A stretch of 64,000 nucleotides of DNA from the NCBI GenBank assembly GCA_026770705.1, contig JANJGN010000021.1, positions 98,952,001 to 99,016,000 of the forward strand. The letters run 5' to 3'. The notes under the pieces are model-generated. The model had not been told where the DNA came from and did not search any database. It saw only the letters and a program-made list of their open reading frames with translations. This DNA comes from Isurus oxyrinchus. Taxonomy: Eukaryota. Below are positions 11,190 to 23,248 of this stretch, one piece after another (positions within the stretch are counted from its first letter, which is position 1; each line of letters opens with the position of its first letter). The position numbers and the translations under genes are program-made.

Positions 11190-12783
11190 TGTATCAATTA
11201 TCATATCTGTATCTGGCAAAATGAAACCGTACTTCAACAGAAGACATGAAATAACCAGCCAGGATGGCATCTTATTGTAGGGTCCACGAGTGATGATTTC
11301 TCCAAAGGGAAGGGAGCCACTTTTAATTGAACTACGCAATGCCCATCCAGGAATTTCCCGAATGAAGACCATAGCATGCAGCTGTCTATGGTGGCCTGGG
11401 ATGGATGGCAAAATAGAGAGTTTAGTAAAGCACTGTGTGCAATGTCAGCAACTGCAAAAGTTGCCAGTGACAGCTCTGTCACACCCCCGGGAGTGGCCAG
11501 GTAGATCTTGGGTGCGGTTACATATTGACTATGTTGGCCCTTCCTTGGGATAAATGTTTCTGCTCATTGTCGATGCCCATTCAAAATGGTTGGATGTACA
11601 TGAGATGAAGTCACCAATATCGGGCGCTGCAATTGAGAATCTCCATTCATGGACTACCAGAAGTAGTCATTTCCAATAATGGCATGGCATTTACAAGTGC
11701 TGAGTTTCAATGGTTTATCAGCCTCAACGGTATCACTTATGAGAAAACTGCAACATACCACCCTCCCTCAAACTGACTGGCCTCAAGGGTGGTTCAAACG
11801 TTCCAGGCAGGAGTGAAAATGCTAACTGGAGATTCCTTGGCAACCAAGCTAGCACACTCGCGTTTTCATTACAGAGCCACCCCTCACATGAGAATAGGTG
11901 TCACACCTGTGGAGTTATTGTTGAAATGCTGTCTCAGGACGAGATTGAGCTTAATAATGTTGAATTTAGAGGGGAAGGTGGAAAGGAGTCAAGGAAGCCA
12001 GAAAACTAGACACGACTGGCATAGTCGCGAGAGGAAATTTACCGTGGGAGAACTGGTATACGTGAAAAATTTCAGGGGGGGACCAAAGTGGTTACCGGGT
12101 GAAATAAGTGTGGTGACTGGATGTCTATTTTACCATGTGGAGGTGGAAGGCTGGATCATCCATAAACCTGTGGACCATTTATGTGAGAGAGACAAATCAC
12201 CAAGATTTGGTTCCACCAGTGATCATGACCAGGTCTGTGTTTCCTGTTGAGAATACTCAACCCAGGACTGACATGTCTGATGTTCTTGTAAGAGTTGAGG
12301 ATACAGAACTGCAAGTGCCCACCGAAACACCTGATGTTCAGGCAACTCCGGAAAAGGAGTTTCCTGACAAAGAATCTGAAGTTGTGGAGCTGTGACGTTC
12401 CACACGTACCAGAAATCACCTGAAAGACTGACCTTGTAAATTCCTCACCCAGTGTAAGTATTATGTTGTCTTGAAAAATATGTACTTGTAGATATGACAT
12501 GCGTAGTTGAGTTAAAGGGGGAGGAAGGTAGTAATTATGGTTTTATTTAGTGTGTAATATACCTTTAAGAATAATACTAGTTAAAGAAGATCACATGATC
12601 TGTAGTAAGCAATGGGAGAGTAGCAGGGGCCACCTCAGCTGTCAGTGCAGCGATAGAGTTGGAGTTGAAGGCACACGTGTAGTCACTACTGAGTATATTG
12701 TAAATAAATTTAATGTTCCCACCCAAGAAATATCTGCATTTCAACTCTATCGCTAATAGTTCCAACTCAGCCACCCTACAACA
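11190..12783 (+). mobile_element. Internally deleted Gypsy copy (5' LTR stub, integrase, 3' LTR), inverted relative to 6375-11123
   Basis: Integrase ORF 11290-11553 gives the same protein as 7558-7821; PPT and LTR at about 12527-12783; putative TSD GACTC/GACTA. Confidence 0.88.
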
Positions 12784-12788
12784 GACTA

Positions 12789-12903
12789 CCTCCCCTCACT
12801 CTCCTCCTGTTAGTTTGACTGCCTCCCCTCACTCTCCTCCTGTTAGTTTGACTGCCTCCCCTCACTCTCCTCCTGTTAGTTTGACTCCCTCCCCTCACTC
12901 CTC
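12789..12903 (+). repeat. 33-bp minisatellite (CCTCCCCTCACTCTCCTCCTGTTAGTTTGACTG)
   Basis: About 3.5 tandem copies; related units flank both Gypsy insertions (about 6350 and 11125-11189). Confidence 0.85.
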
Positions 12904-13139
12904 TGCACAGTGTGTTTCCCTATGGTTTCTCTGTGGGTCACTAAATTAAACGGAGTGTCTGACTGTAACTTTTGTGGTATGATTCCAGTCTGTCCAGAGC
13001 CAGTGTAACAGTTCCTGGGGGAGTGGGACCCATGTCAATGTGTTTTCTGTGAGTGGGTGGGGGACCCCAGTGTCTCTTCTCTTTACACTGAAGCTGCTGG
13101 GCGAGCCCTCTTCAATCTCACTCTTAGCCTGTCTCACTT

Positions 13140-13375
13140 TGATCCACCTGGCTGACAAATAATTGATTATTTATTTAATGGGTATTTTTCTAAGATTAAC
13201 CAATCATTCACCCTCCGATTTTGAGTTCAGGAAATGATCAAACTTCAAGTTAAACAGTCAAATGAAGTCTCTTGGCTTGTTGTTTATTTTGTTGTTTTTT
13301 CCCCAGTTTATAAACAGTATTAGTTTCCCCCTCAGAGTGTTTCATTGATTGGAACAGGGAGAGTGGATTCCCAGA
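13140..13375 (+). promoter_or_regulatory. Gene B promoter with degraded X/Y module; CCAAT and TATA retained
   Basis: Homologous to the A and C promoters; the Y position reads AATGG and the X region is scrambled; TATAAA near 13310. Confidence 0.55.
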
Positions 13376-14520
13376 ATGTTGCTGATCCTTTTCTCCATCT
13401 CCCTGTGTTTTTCCTGGGTCTCTCCCGGTAAGTACAGAATTCAGCCCTCCATTCTCACTCTCACTCTCTCTCTCTCTCTCTCTGGGGTTAATTGGAATCT
13501 TTTGGTGAGAGTTTGAAATGGGTGATGTTTGATCAGCCGCCTGTTATACAGCCAGTCTGATATTTTACACCATTGAAGTCAGCACAGTCTGTAACACTCT
13601 GATGGGATTTGTGTCCAACTCTCCTGACAGCAGGATGTAGAAACCCCGAGAGCAGAGAAGTTTGGAACAAATGGAAAATGGTTCAAATGGGCACTTCTAA
13701 TTTTCACATCGATTGGGAGAAGCAAAACAGTTTCATCACTCCTGGTCTAAAGCCTTCAAAACACTATGGAGAGGAGAAGGATAATCCATGTTTAACCCAC
13801 CCCAGGATCAGCTGTGATGCCCTCATGGTTGAATAGGCCAGGTTATCTCAGACCACCAACATCCTCCTGACCCTGTATAAAGGGGTGATTAAAAAGCTCT
13901 GTGAGGGACAGTGGAGATCCTGCTCTGGATTGTCCATCACCCTGTTTGACAGTCAGACTGTTCATACAATGACTGCCCCCCCCACTATGCTATCACACTT
14001 CATCCTCCCAAAGATTCCTCTTTCTCTTCATTTCAATCTGGAATTCACTCACACCACATGTTTCCTGGTTATGATGATAAACAACAGACCTGCCCTCAGG
14101 TTATCCTGAATTCCTCACTCCAGATGTTCTCTGGTCAGGAGGGTCTGCTCAATATCTCTCTCCAGATGTTCTCTTGTTCCAGGTTAGTGATAGACTGGGT
14201 GTGTCACAAGTTACTGTTCCAGGTTAGTGATCTTCTGTTTAACACTCTAACCCCGGATTGTGCCCCAGACTCTCCCACGTGTTCACACTTACTCCATCGG
14301 GTGTCTGAGTGACTCTGATTCCTGGTTTGCTCCCTGTTCTGAGAGGCTGCAGCATCTACTTCTGACCCAGTTTAATCAGATTCTGTTTATAATATCAAAC
14401 AGGATTCTGTATTGTGATAAAGTGGTGGATTATTGGAGATTGTCCCTGTGTGGATGGGCCTCACTTTAATCAGGTGGCAGTGTGTGGAAATGTTTATTAA
14501 CCTGTCCCTTTAATTGTTTA

Positions 14521-14900
14521 CAAAATAAAAACAAAAATACCTGGAAAAACTAGCAGGTCTTGCAGCATCTGCGGAGAGGAACACAGTTAACGTTTCGAGT
14601 CCGACTGACCCTTCAACAGAACTAAGTAAAAATAGAAGAGAGGTGAAATATAAGCTGGTTTAAGTTGGGGGTGTGGTGGTGGTGGTGGTGGTAGGACAGG
14701 TAGAATTGGATAGAGGGCCAGTGATAGGTGGAAATAACCGAAAGCTGTCACAGACAAAAGGACAAAAAGGGAAAGAAGTATTGCTCTTCTCTCCGGCAGG
14801 ATTTTCGTATCTCTCTTTTGCCTTGTTCACCTTCATTGCTTTCTATTTCTCTCCTGGTGTTTGACAAGGTGTTTACTAAAACCCGCTTTCACAGCCACTG
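14521..14900 (-). mobile_element. Penelope terminal fragment in intron 1 of gene B
   Basis: Matches the 3461-3600 terminus including the hammerhead-like motif; 14-bp TSD CCTTTAATTGTTTA at 14507-14520 and 14901-14914. Confidence 0.8.
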
Positions 14901-14926
14901 CCTTTAATTGTTTAATTGTTTTACAG

Positions 14927-15030
14927 GAACTAACACATTTACAGTGATTTTCATGGCATTATTGATATCCCTGAGGTTTCTGTTATTAGCATAGTAAGAG
15001 AGGTTCAGGGAGATTTTTCTGATGCTCATG
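14927..15030 (+). pseudogene. Truncated extra alpha1 exon stub (D-type)
   Basis: Follows a TTTTACAG acceptor; reads TNTFTVIFMA / IDIPEVSVISIV, aligning with D alpha1 INAFSVIFTA..NDIPKVTGAAVV; frameshifted. Confidence 0.65.
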
Positions 15031-15185
15031 TTGGTTTTGATTAAAGTGTCACTTTAACTGTTTGCTTCACAGACACTAACTCACACACAATGATATACAT
15101 TGTAACCTCCGGTAAGGAAGATTTTCCTGAGGTCACTGTTGCTGCGATAGTCAGTGGAGTCCAAACAGGTCATTATGACAGTGAT

Positions 15186-15420
15186 AAAAACAAAAAAACT
15201 GCGGATGCTGGAAATCCAAAACAAAAACAGAATTACCTGGACAAACTCAGCAGGTCTGGCAGCATCGGCGGAGAAGAAAAGAGTTGATGTTTCGAGTCCT
15301 CATGACCCTTCTACAGAACTGAACCCTTCTGTTGAAGGGTCATGAGGACTCAAAACGTCAACTCTTTTCTTCTCCACCAATGCTGCCAGACCTGCTGAGT
15401 TTGTCCAGGTAATTCTGTTT
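15186..15420. mobile_element. Fold-back element made of two inverted Penelope termini, inserted in B alpha1
   Basis: Inverted arms AAAACAGAATTACCTGGACAAACTCAGCAGG... and ...CCTGCTGAGTTTGTCCAGGTAATTCTGTTT; 16-bp TSD TCATTATGACAGTGAT at 15170-15185 and 15421-15436. Confidence 0.9.
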
Positions 15421-15629
15421 TCATTATGACAGTGATGTCCATCAGTGCGACCCCAGGCAGCAGTTCATGGCTGAATATTTCAGTGTGAAACACTGGGACT
15501 ATGTCTCAGATCTGATAAGCTCACATTCACACCTGGCAAAGGAGAATCTGAATACAATACTGAAGATGACAAACCAGACATCTGGTAAGATCACAATGTA
15601 GAAACTCATTGTTGATTGTCCCCCATTAT

Positions 15630-16432
15630 ACCCAGTGCCACTCCACTCAGCCCATCCCCCAGCTCCGACCCCTGCCTCACTCCAGTCAATCCGTCTGCCA
15701 GTGCTGACCCATGGGTCACTCCACTCAGCCCATCCCCCAGCTCTGACCCCTGCCTCACTCCAATCAGTCCGTCTGCCAGTGCTGACCCATGGGTCACTCC
15801 ACTCAGTCCATCTCCCAGCTACGACACCTGGGTCACTCCAATCAGTCCACCTCCCAGCACTGACCCCTGGGTCACTCCAATCAGTCCATCTCCCAGCAGT
15901 GACCCTGGGTCACTCCATTCAGTCCATCTCCCAGCAGTGACCCTGGGTCACTCCATTCAGTCCATCTCCCAGCACTGACCCCTGGGTCACTCCAATCAGT
16001 CCATCTCCCAGCACTGATTCCTGGGTCACTCCACTCAGTCCATCTCCAACATTGACCCCTGGGTCACTCCAATCAGTCCATCTCCCAGCAGTGACCCTGG
16101 GTCACTCCATTCAGTCCATCTCCCAGCACTGACCCCTGGGTCACTCCAATCAGTCCATCTCCCAACACTGACTCCTGGGTCACTCCATTCAGTCCATCTC
16201 CCAGCTCTGACCCCTGGGTCACTCCACTCAGTCCATCTCCCGGCTCTTACCCCTGGGCACTCCACTCAGTCCATCTCCCGGCACTGACCCCTGGGTCACT
16301 CCACTCAGCCTGTCTCCCAACACTGGCACCTGGGTCACTCCACCCAGCCCATCTCCCAGCACTGACCCTGGGTCACTCCAGTCAGTCCATCTCCCAACCC
16401 TCACCCTGGGACACTCCACTCAGTCCATCTCA
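15630..16432 (+). repeat. 38-39-bp minisatellite (CAGCACTGACCCCTGGGTCACTCCACTCAGTCCATCTCC) in B intron 2
   Basis: About 20 tandem copies; the same repeat occurs in D intron 2 at 61828-62035. Confidence 0.9.
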
Positions 16433-17294
16433 CAGATCAGACTGTGACTCTATTCCCCCATTTCTATCTGATACTAGATCCCCTTTTCCCTCTGATCAGG
16501 CAGTTTGTGACTGCCTATTAACTATTGATTCTTGATCTCTATTTGGTCACTGACAGGAATTCACACTCTTCAATGGATTTGGTCTGTTGATGTCGCTGAA
16601 GACGACTCCATTAAGAAATCGATGCGAGTTGGATTTGATGGAAAGGACTTTATTAGTTTAGAGCCAGGCAGAATGAGATGGGTCACAACCAATCACATTA
16701 CAGTGAAGACTAAAGAGAAATGGGATTCTGATAAATCCTGGAACAAATACTGGCAAACCTATCTTCAGGAAGTATATGTTCAGCATTTGAAGAAACATTT
16801 TTGAGCTGGAAAGAAATATTTCAAAAGGAAAGGTATTTATCAGTTTGGATCCCATGTTCTGATCTAACTTCACTGGTTTATGAAAGCGTTCTCCCCTTCC
16901 ATTCAGTGTCTGTCTATTGTTTGTGTTTTCACCCTTTCCCATTACAGTTCAGCCTGAAGTGTTCATCTCCAGAAGTGACCCCAATAGTCAGTACAAGCCG
17001 CTCACTCTCTCCTGCCTGGCTACTGGATTTTAACCTGTAGACATTGAGGTGAGCTGGCTAAGGAATGGAGAAGTAATGTCTGAGACACTATCTTCGGGGG
17101 TTCGACCCAACCACGATGGGACCCATCAGATCCAGAAAGAGATTGAAATAAATGCTGGGGATGAGGATCAATACTCCTGTCAAATTGAACACAGCAGCCT
17201 GGCAGAGACCCAGCACTCTCAGTGGGGTAAGGAACAGTACTGTGTGTATGTGTGTGTTTATGTGTGTGCTTCTTGAGCCTGTTCCACCATTCAA

Positions 17295-17725
17295 GATTAT
17301 TCAGCAGTCCACTGAGTGAAGGATGTGCTTTGGTCTGTCTGAAACTAGCTGCTCTCCCAGTGCCCAGTGTTGTTGATCAGTGAGTGTTGCAGTCTGGCAC
17401 ATTCCAAGTTCCAGGACTAATGCTGAGGGACATATTAAAACTTGGAGCAGCTGCTGCAGAGGCTCAATGGGGAAAGACCACTGACTAAGACCCTCCGGGG
17501 GTCTGAGGGGCTTAAAACCATGTAAAATATTCGGTTTGAGTGATGGACATGAAATGAGTATCTTCAATATAAACTGTAACTGTGGGTGTAGTGAGCCTCC
17601 TCAGACTGTCACATTTTATATTGAATGAAACTGTCCTGTTTTGTACCTCAAATAATGTCAAATTTGAAAAGCTATTTCATGTACCTTTAGAAACTTTATG
17701 AATAAAATATATTTACGGAGATAAA
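17295..17725 (+). mobile_element. Tx1/L1-clade LINE 3' end
   Basis: Degenerate ORF2 C-terminus ECCSLAHSKFQD..LRDILKLGAAAAEAQWGKTT, followed by AATAAA and an A-rich end. Confidence 0.65.
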
Positions 17726-17976
17726 ACACATTTATATCCTCAAGTGCTAATAATTGTGGTTTGTTGTCAAAAGATAATTGTCAGTGGTTGACTTGTCTAA
17801 ATTCTTCTTTACTGATTTCACAAGAAAGTTTTAATTCATCCACTCAGCAGCTTGTGGGTCTTGGAATGGGCAGTTGTTGAGGTTCAGTTCAATGTGAACA
17901 GGGTGAGTTCATACCAAATGTCAGCATCTTTCACTGCTTTCCATCAGCGTTTATTCACTTGTTTACAGACAAGAAG

Positions 17977-18225
17977 ATGACAGAGCAAAAGACAGACGAG
18001 AGGAAGACGTGTCATAACTTTAGTGAATCAAACTTCAACACATTTTCCAGTGAGGTGGAAGTGAGGTGTCTCCAGCTTCTCAGTAATGAGAAGTGTGGGT
18101 TACCGAGTAAAGTTAGTGTCTTGGTGTGGAAGGAGGTGACAGAGAGTGTGACTGCTAACTGCACTGTTCCATGGTCCGCACAGCAATGTCGAAAGAAATG
18201 GAATGAGTTCACACAATCTGACAGG
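17977..18225 (+). mobile_element. Myb/SANT-like DNA-binding exon of a Harbinger-type transposon remnant (further exon-like pieces to about 19700)
   Basis: NFSESNFNTFSSEV..WKEVTESVTANCTVPWSAQQCRKKWNEF matches the Myb/SANT trihelix pattern. Confidence 0.75.
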
Positions 18226-21200
18226 GTTTGTAGAGTTCTTGCAGTTTTTATCATTTAATTGTTCATTGAAGATTTAATGGGTAATGAAGTGAAGATCCTG
18301 TTAATGGGTTTATGGGTTGGTCAGGGGTGGATGATGTCAAGTGGTGGTAAAATTCAGTTCCCTTTGAAGACACACTCACTAAGTGTTTGTAAAGATCCCT
18401 TCTCTGCACCCGACACCGTGAGGGTGTGAAATTGTCCCCAAACTACCCAACAAGTCTTACCCAATCCAACAAAGACACACAAAGTGCTCTTTATTTGACA
18501 TGTCTGTTTAGAGTGAGATGGGTCATAATGTCTGGCAGTGTTCATTACCCACGGGTGGAGTGGTCTTTCTAAAGGATCTGAATGAGGATGAAGAGAGGGT
18601 CAGACAGCTGCTGGGAATCAGTAATACGTCACTGAGTGGTGACCAAGCAGATATTGGAGTGAGGAAAGGTGAGTGTCAGCAGCTGGATGTTTAAACCAGG
18701 TCTGAGCACACGAACTTCTGTGATGTGACAAAGGAAGGTGAATCATCATTGTAAATGTTTTCTCCTGACAGGTGCTGTCTTTGGACACAGCGCCTGGAGA
18801 TGGTGGTGAATCAGTGAGAGCAGCCCAGGGGGTTGAAAGGGAACCTGGTGAAGACACTGAGCCCCGCGTCACAGAGGGAAGTGAGACACTAACTGAGCTG
18901 GCCAGGCAAGGGGAGTGACATCCAGACAAACAGGAGGGTGAGCACCCTGGGTGGGAGGGCAGGTAGAATGACACTGTCTCTCCTGCCCCCATGTTGTACC
19001 GTCAGTGTGTTAATGCGGGGAGTGTCCGAGACTGGGATCATACTCTGATCACCAGCTCTCCATCTCCAAGCCCCTTTGATCTGAGCGAGGCATTAGGACA
19101 GACATGAAGATGATGACGTGGAGTTACTGGGAGGATGTGTGATAAACCGGTCTGATCTGTCGGGTGGTGAGGAACCTCCAACATTTCAAGTACTTGCTCC
19201 ATGCTCCTCAGTGACTCATGGACCACATGAGCCCCATGTTGACACTCCGGTGGAAGAGGCGATCATTCCAGAACAGAGGAATGTACTGGTGGCTCCACAT
19301 GACAAACACCTTGACCCCCTGTATTTGAGCAGACAGGAGATGAGGGAGTTTAAGGCAAGTGTTTATCAGCAATTGACCCTTTGTATAAAAAGCATTCCTG
19401 ACCCATTGACCCATCTCAATCCTTATACCCACATGAAGGATGCTGTAAGGTGCCATAACCAGAGCTCAATAACACATGAGCTATATACAGCTGGTCCGGC
19501 AGTGATACAAATAACCCCAGTAGAGCCACTCCTGACAGCTCCAAGTACAGAAACAGAGCAGGACCACGAGACAGCAGCTGGATGCAGCTTCTGGTCAGCA
19601 GCTCCCCAGTGAGGAGTTATCAGCTGCTGGGCGTGTCTCTGTCACAAGTGGGGGCAGGACACGGGTACGGGGAAGATGCAGGGGGCATTAGGGTGGCAGC
19701 TCTTGCAGAGTGGACATCTTTATCTCCCCCTCTCCCCCTTTGTGTTAGTAACCCTCAGGCGCAGAGGGTGGGGGGAGGAGGTTTGTTGCTGTTACATTTT
19801 GAGGAAATGTTTGTGTTGTCTTATTTAATGAGAATTCTATTTGTAAATTATAAATTGTTGGTGTTCTATTTGAATTTGTTCTTGTTCTATTTACTGGAGT
19901 CACTCTAAATAATTCAAAGTAGCTTTTATTGACATGAAACATTTAAGATTACAACAATTTACTTCGAAAAATAACTCATTAACATAAATGTTACGTAATG
20001 TTTTAGACCAATTTTCTGAGGTTTACATTGTTCAACACTGATTACCTTGAAGGTTTTGCAATGGGGATTTGCTGTTAAAATAAAATGTCACTTGTTTCAC
20101 TCTCCATCTACACTGATCTTTGGTCTGATTTCCTGGGGGAGGGAGAGGGATTTTCTCCCTCCCAATGTCCAAATGTATCAGCCCCCAGCTGCTCTCCAGC
20201 TGCCCCGACAGCTGCAGTCGGAGTTTCCTCAGCTTCTCCGTGAGGCCTGGATCCAGTCACATCCATGTGGATCCTCCATTCCATCGATTTCTGGAACAAT
20301 CTGGTCAGTGAGGTGAAGGGTCAGTCCTTCCTGCAGGGGAAAGTTGTACAATGGGGAAGAGACCAACACAATCCCCGACACTTTAACAGGAGAGGGTTGC
20401 AGAGTGACACCTCATCTGTCCAAGCAATTCACCAACCTGATTGTCCTCTCCACCAGTAGCCCATTTGTGCCTTGCTAAAGATTAATATACAATTGACAAA
20501 TAAAATACATTTCAACATTTGAAATGGCTGAACTCACTGTTCTGAAAGTTCTGCTCACTTCTTACCTGCTTGGAATGATGAGCGCTGGTTCTAAACCTGA
20601 CTGAAGCACTCTGAACATTTCTTGGGGATAAACCAACTGTATTTGTGGGTAATGAATCCAAATTCTCGAATTCCACATCCTGCTGTTTTCAGTGGCAGAT
20701 TGGTGAAAGTTTCAGAGGTTGAACAGGGGAGTGTGGTGTGATACAGCAGCTTCTGGGTTTTGTCATGACAGTGCACGTGTGTGCACATCGGGCAAGGCCC
20801 AATGCAGTGATGTCCAATAATGACAAACATTGAATATGCCTCTGTTATTGCAAATGCAAATAAGGGGCACTGTTCCTGCACCTGTCTACATGACTTTCTT
20901 ATACTGATGAATCTAGACATCTGTGTACATATCTCCTTGTACATTAATTTGTATGTGTGTGTATCTGGATATGTCTAACTTTGTAGCTATACGTATTTAT
21001 ATATCTCTTTCACTGTATGTGTGTTTATTTGTATTTGTGTTTGTGTGTATACTGATGTCTTAAACTTTGTATCTATATCTGTTTGTGAGCATCTCTCCCT
21101 CTCCATTAATGTGTGTGTGAGAATGTGTGTGTATCTTGTGTGTACTGTGCGTACCTATATCTGTGAGTGTACATCTCTCTCTGTACATTAGTTATGTATG

Positions 21201-21329
21201 TTTGTGTATCTGTGTGTTTACTGATGTGTATCTAATTGGTACCTATATCCATATGTGTACATCTCTCTCTGTACATTCGTTAGAGTGTATGTGTATGTGT
21301 GTCCTTGAGTGTGAGAATTTTTCTTTATT

Positions 21330-23248
21330 CATTCACGGGAGGTGGGCTTCGCTGGCTGAGCCAGCATTCAGTGCCCAGCACTAGTTGCCCTTGGTGGTGG
21401 TGAGCTGCCTTCCTGAACCACTGCAGTCCATGTGGTGTAGGTACACCCACAGTGCTGTTAGGCAGGGAGTTCCAGGATTTTCACCTAGCGACAGTGAAGG
21501 AACGGGGATATTTTTCCAAGTCAGGATGGTGTGTGCCACTTCGGAGGACATCTTTCAGGAGGTGGCGTTCCCATGTCTCTGCTGCCCTTGTTCTGCACAG
21601 TAGAGGTCGTGGGTATGGAAGGTGGCATCTAAGGAGACTTGGTGAGTTCCTGCAGTGCACCTTGTAGATGGTACACACTGCTGCTACTGTACGTCAGTGG
21701 TGGAGTGAATGTTTGTGGAGTTGGTGCCAATCAAGTGGCTGCTTTGTGCTGGATGGTGTCAAGGTTCTTGAGTGTTGTGGGAGCTGCACTCATCCAGGCA
21801 AGTGGGGAGTATTCCATCACACTTCTCACTTGTGCCTTGTAGATGGTGGACAGGCTTTGGGGAGTCAGGAGGTGAGTTACTCATCACACAATTCCTAGCC
21901 TCTGACATGCTCTTGTAGCCACAGTATTTATATGGCTAGTCCAGTTCAGTTTCTGGTCAATGGTAACCCCCCCAGGATGTTGACAGTGGGAGATTCAGTG
22001 ATGGTAATGCCATTGAACATCAAGGGGCAATGGTTGGATTCTCTCTTGTTGGAGATGGTCATTGCTGGCTCTTGTATGGTGTGAATGTTACTTGCCACTT
22101 GTCAGGCCAAGTCTGGATATTGTCCAGGTCTTGCTGCATTTGGACATGAACTGCTTCAGTATCTAAGGAGTTGTGAAAGGTGCTGAACATTGTGCAATCA
22201 TCAGCGAACATCCCCAGTCCTGACCTAATGATGGAAGGAAGGTCATTGATGAAGCAGCTGAAGATGGTTGGGGCTAGGACACTACCCTGAGGAACTCCTG
22301 CAGTAACGTCCTGGAACTGAGATGACTGACCTCCAACAACCACAACTATCTTCCTTTGTGCTAGATATGACTCCAACCAGCAGAGAGTTTTCCCATGATT
22401 CCATTGACTCCAGTTTAGCTCGGGCTCCTTGATGCCACACTCGATCAAATGCTGCCTCGATGACAAAGACGGACACTCTCACCTCACCTCGGAAGTTCAG
22501 CTCTTTTGTCCATGTTTGAACCAAGGCTGCAATGTGGTCAGGAGCTGATTGGCCCTGGCGGAAACCAAACTGAGTGTCAGTGAGCAGGTTATTGCTAAGC
22601 AAGTGCTGCTTGATAGCACTGTTAATTTCTTTCATAACTTTACTGATGATGGAGAATAGACTGATGGGGGTTTAATTGGCCAGGTTGGATTTGTCCTGCT
22701 TTTTGTGTACAGGACATAACTGGGCAATTTTCCACATTGCTGGGTAGATGCCAGTGTTGTAGCTGTACTGGAACAATTTGGCTAGGGGCATGCTCTGGAG
22801 CACAGGTCTTCAGCACCATTGCCGGAATATTGTCAGGGCCGAAAGCCTTTGCAATATCCAATACCTTCAGCTGTTTCTTGATATCACGTGGAGTGAATCG
22901 AATTGGCTGAAGACTGGCATCTGTGATGCTGGGAACCTCTGGAGGAGGCTGAGATGGATCATTCACTCAGCACTTCTGGCTGAAGATTGTTGTAAATGCT
23001 TCAGCCTTATCTTTTGCACTGATGTGCTAGGTTCCTCCATCATTGAGAATGGGGATATTTGTGGAGCCTCCTCCTCCAGTGAGTTGTTTAATTGTCTACC
23101 GCCATTCGCGACTTGATGTGGCAGGACTGCAGAGTTTAGATGTGATCAATTGGTTGTGGGATCGCTTAGCTCTATCACTTGCTGCTTATGCTGTTTGGCA
23201 TGCAAGGAGTCCTGTGTTGTAGCTTCACCAGGTTGACACCTCATTTTT
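21330..23248 (-). mobile_element. CR1/L2-group LINE (RT to 3' end), broken by the assembly gap
   Basis: AFDRVWHQG and GVPQGSVL..FINDL..FADD motifs in shifted frames. Confidence 0.88.

Larger units (their letters stand above)
13376..17226 (+). pseudogene. Nonclassical MHC class I gene B: leader 13376-13427, alpha1 15073-15584, alpha2 16557-16832, alpha3 16948-17226
   Basis: Canonical phase-1 splice sites; alpha1 ends NQTS; alpha2 has GFDGKDFI..KEKW; alpha3 is a C1-set domain. Lesions: 235-bp insertion plus TSD in alpha1, TGA at 16802, TAA at 17031. No TM exon found. Confidence 0.92.

Noticed and set aside
14040-14110. A third degenerate alpha1 start (GIHSHHMF..PQVI) in B intron 1
   Set aside because: No AG acceptor and the similarity is too weak to support by eye.
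15169-15432. Rescue of B alpha1 by splicing out the Penelope hairpin as a new intron
   Set aside because: The GT/AG pairs I tried (15169 to 15408 or 15432, and 15181 to 15432) leave frameshifts, and B also has stops in alpha2 and alpha3.
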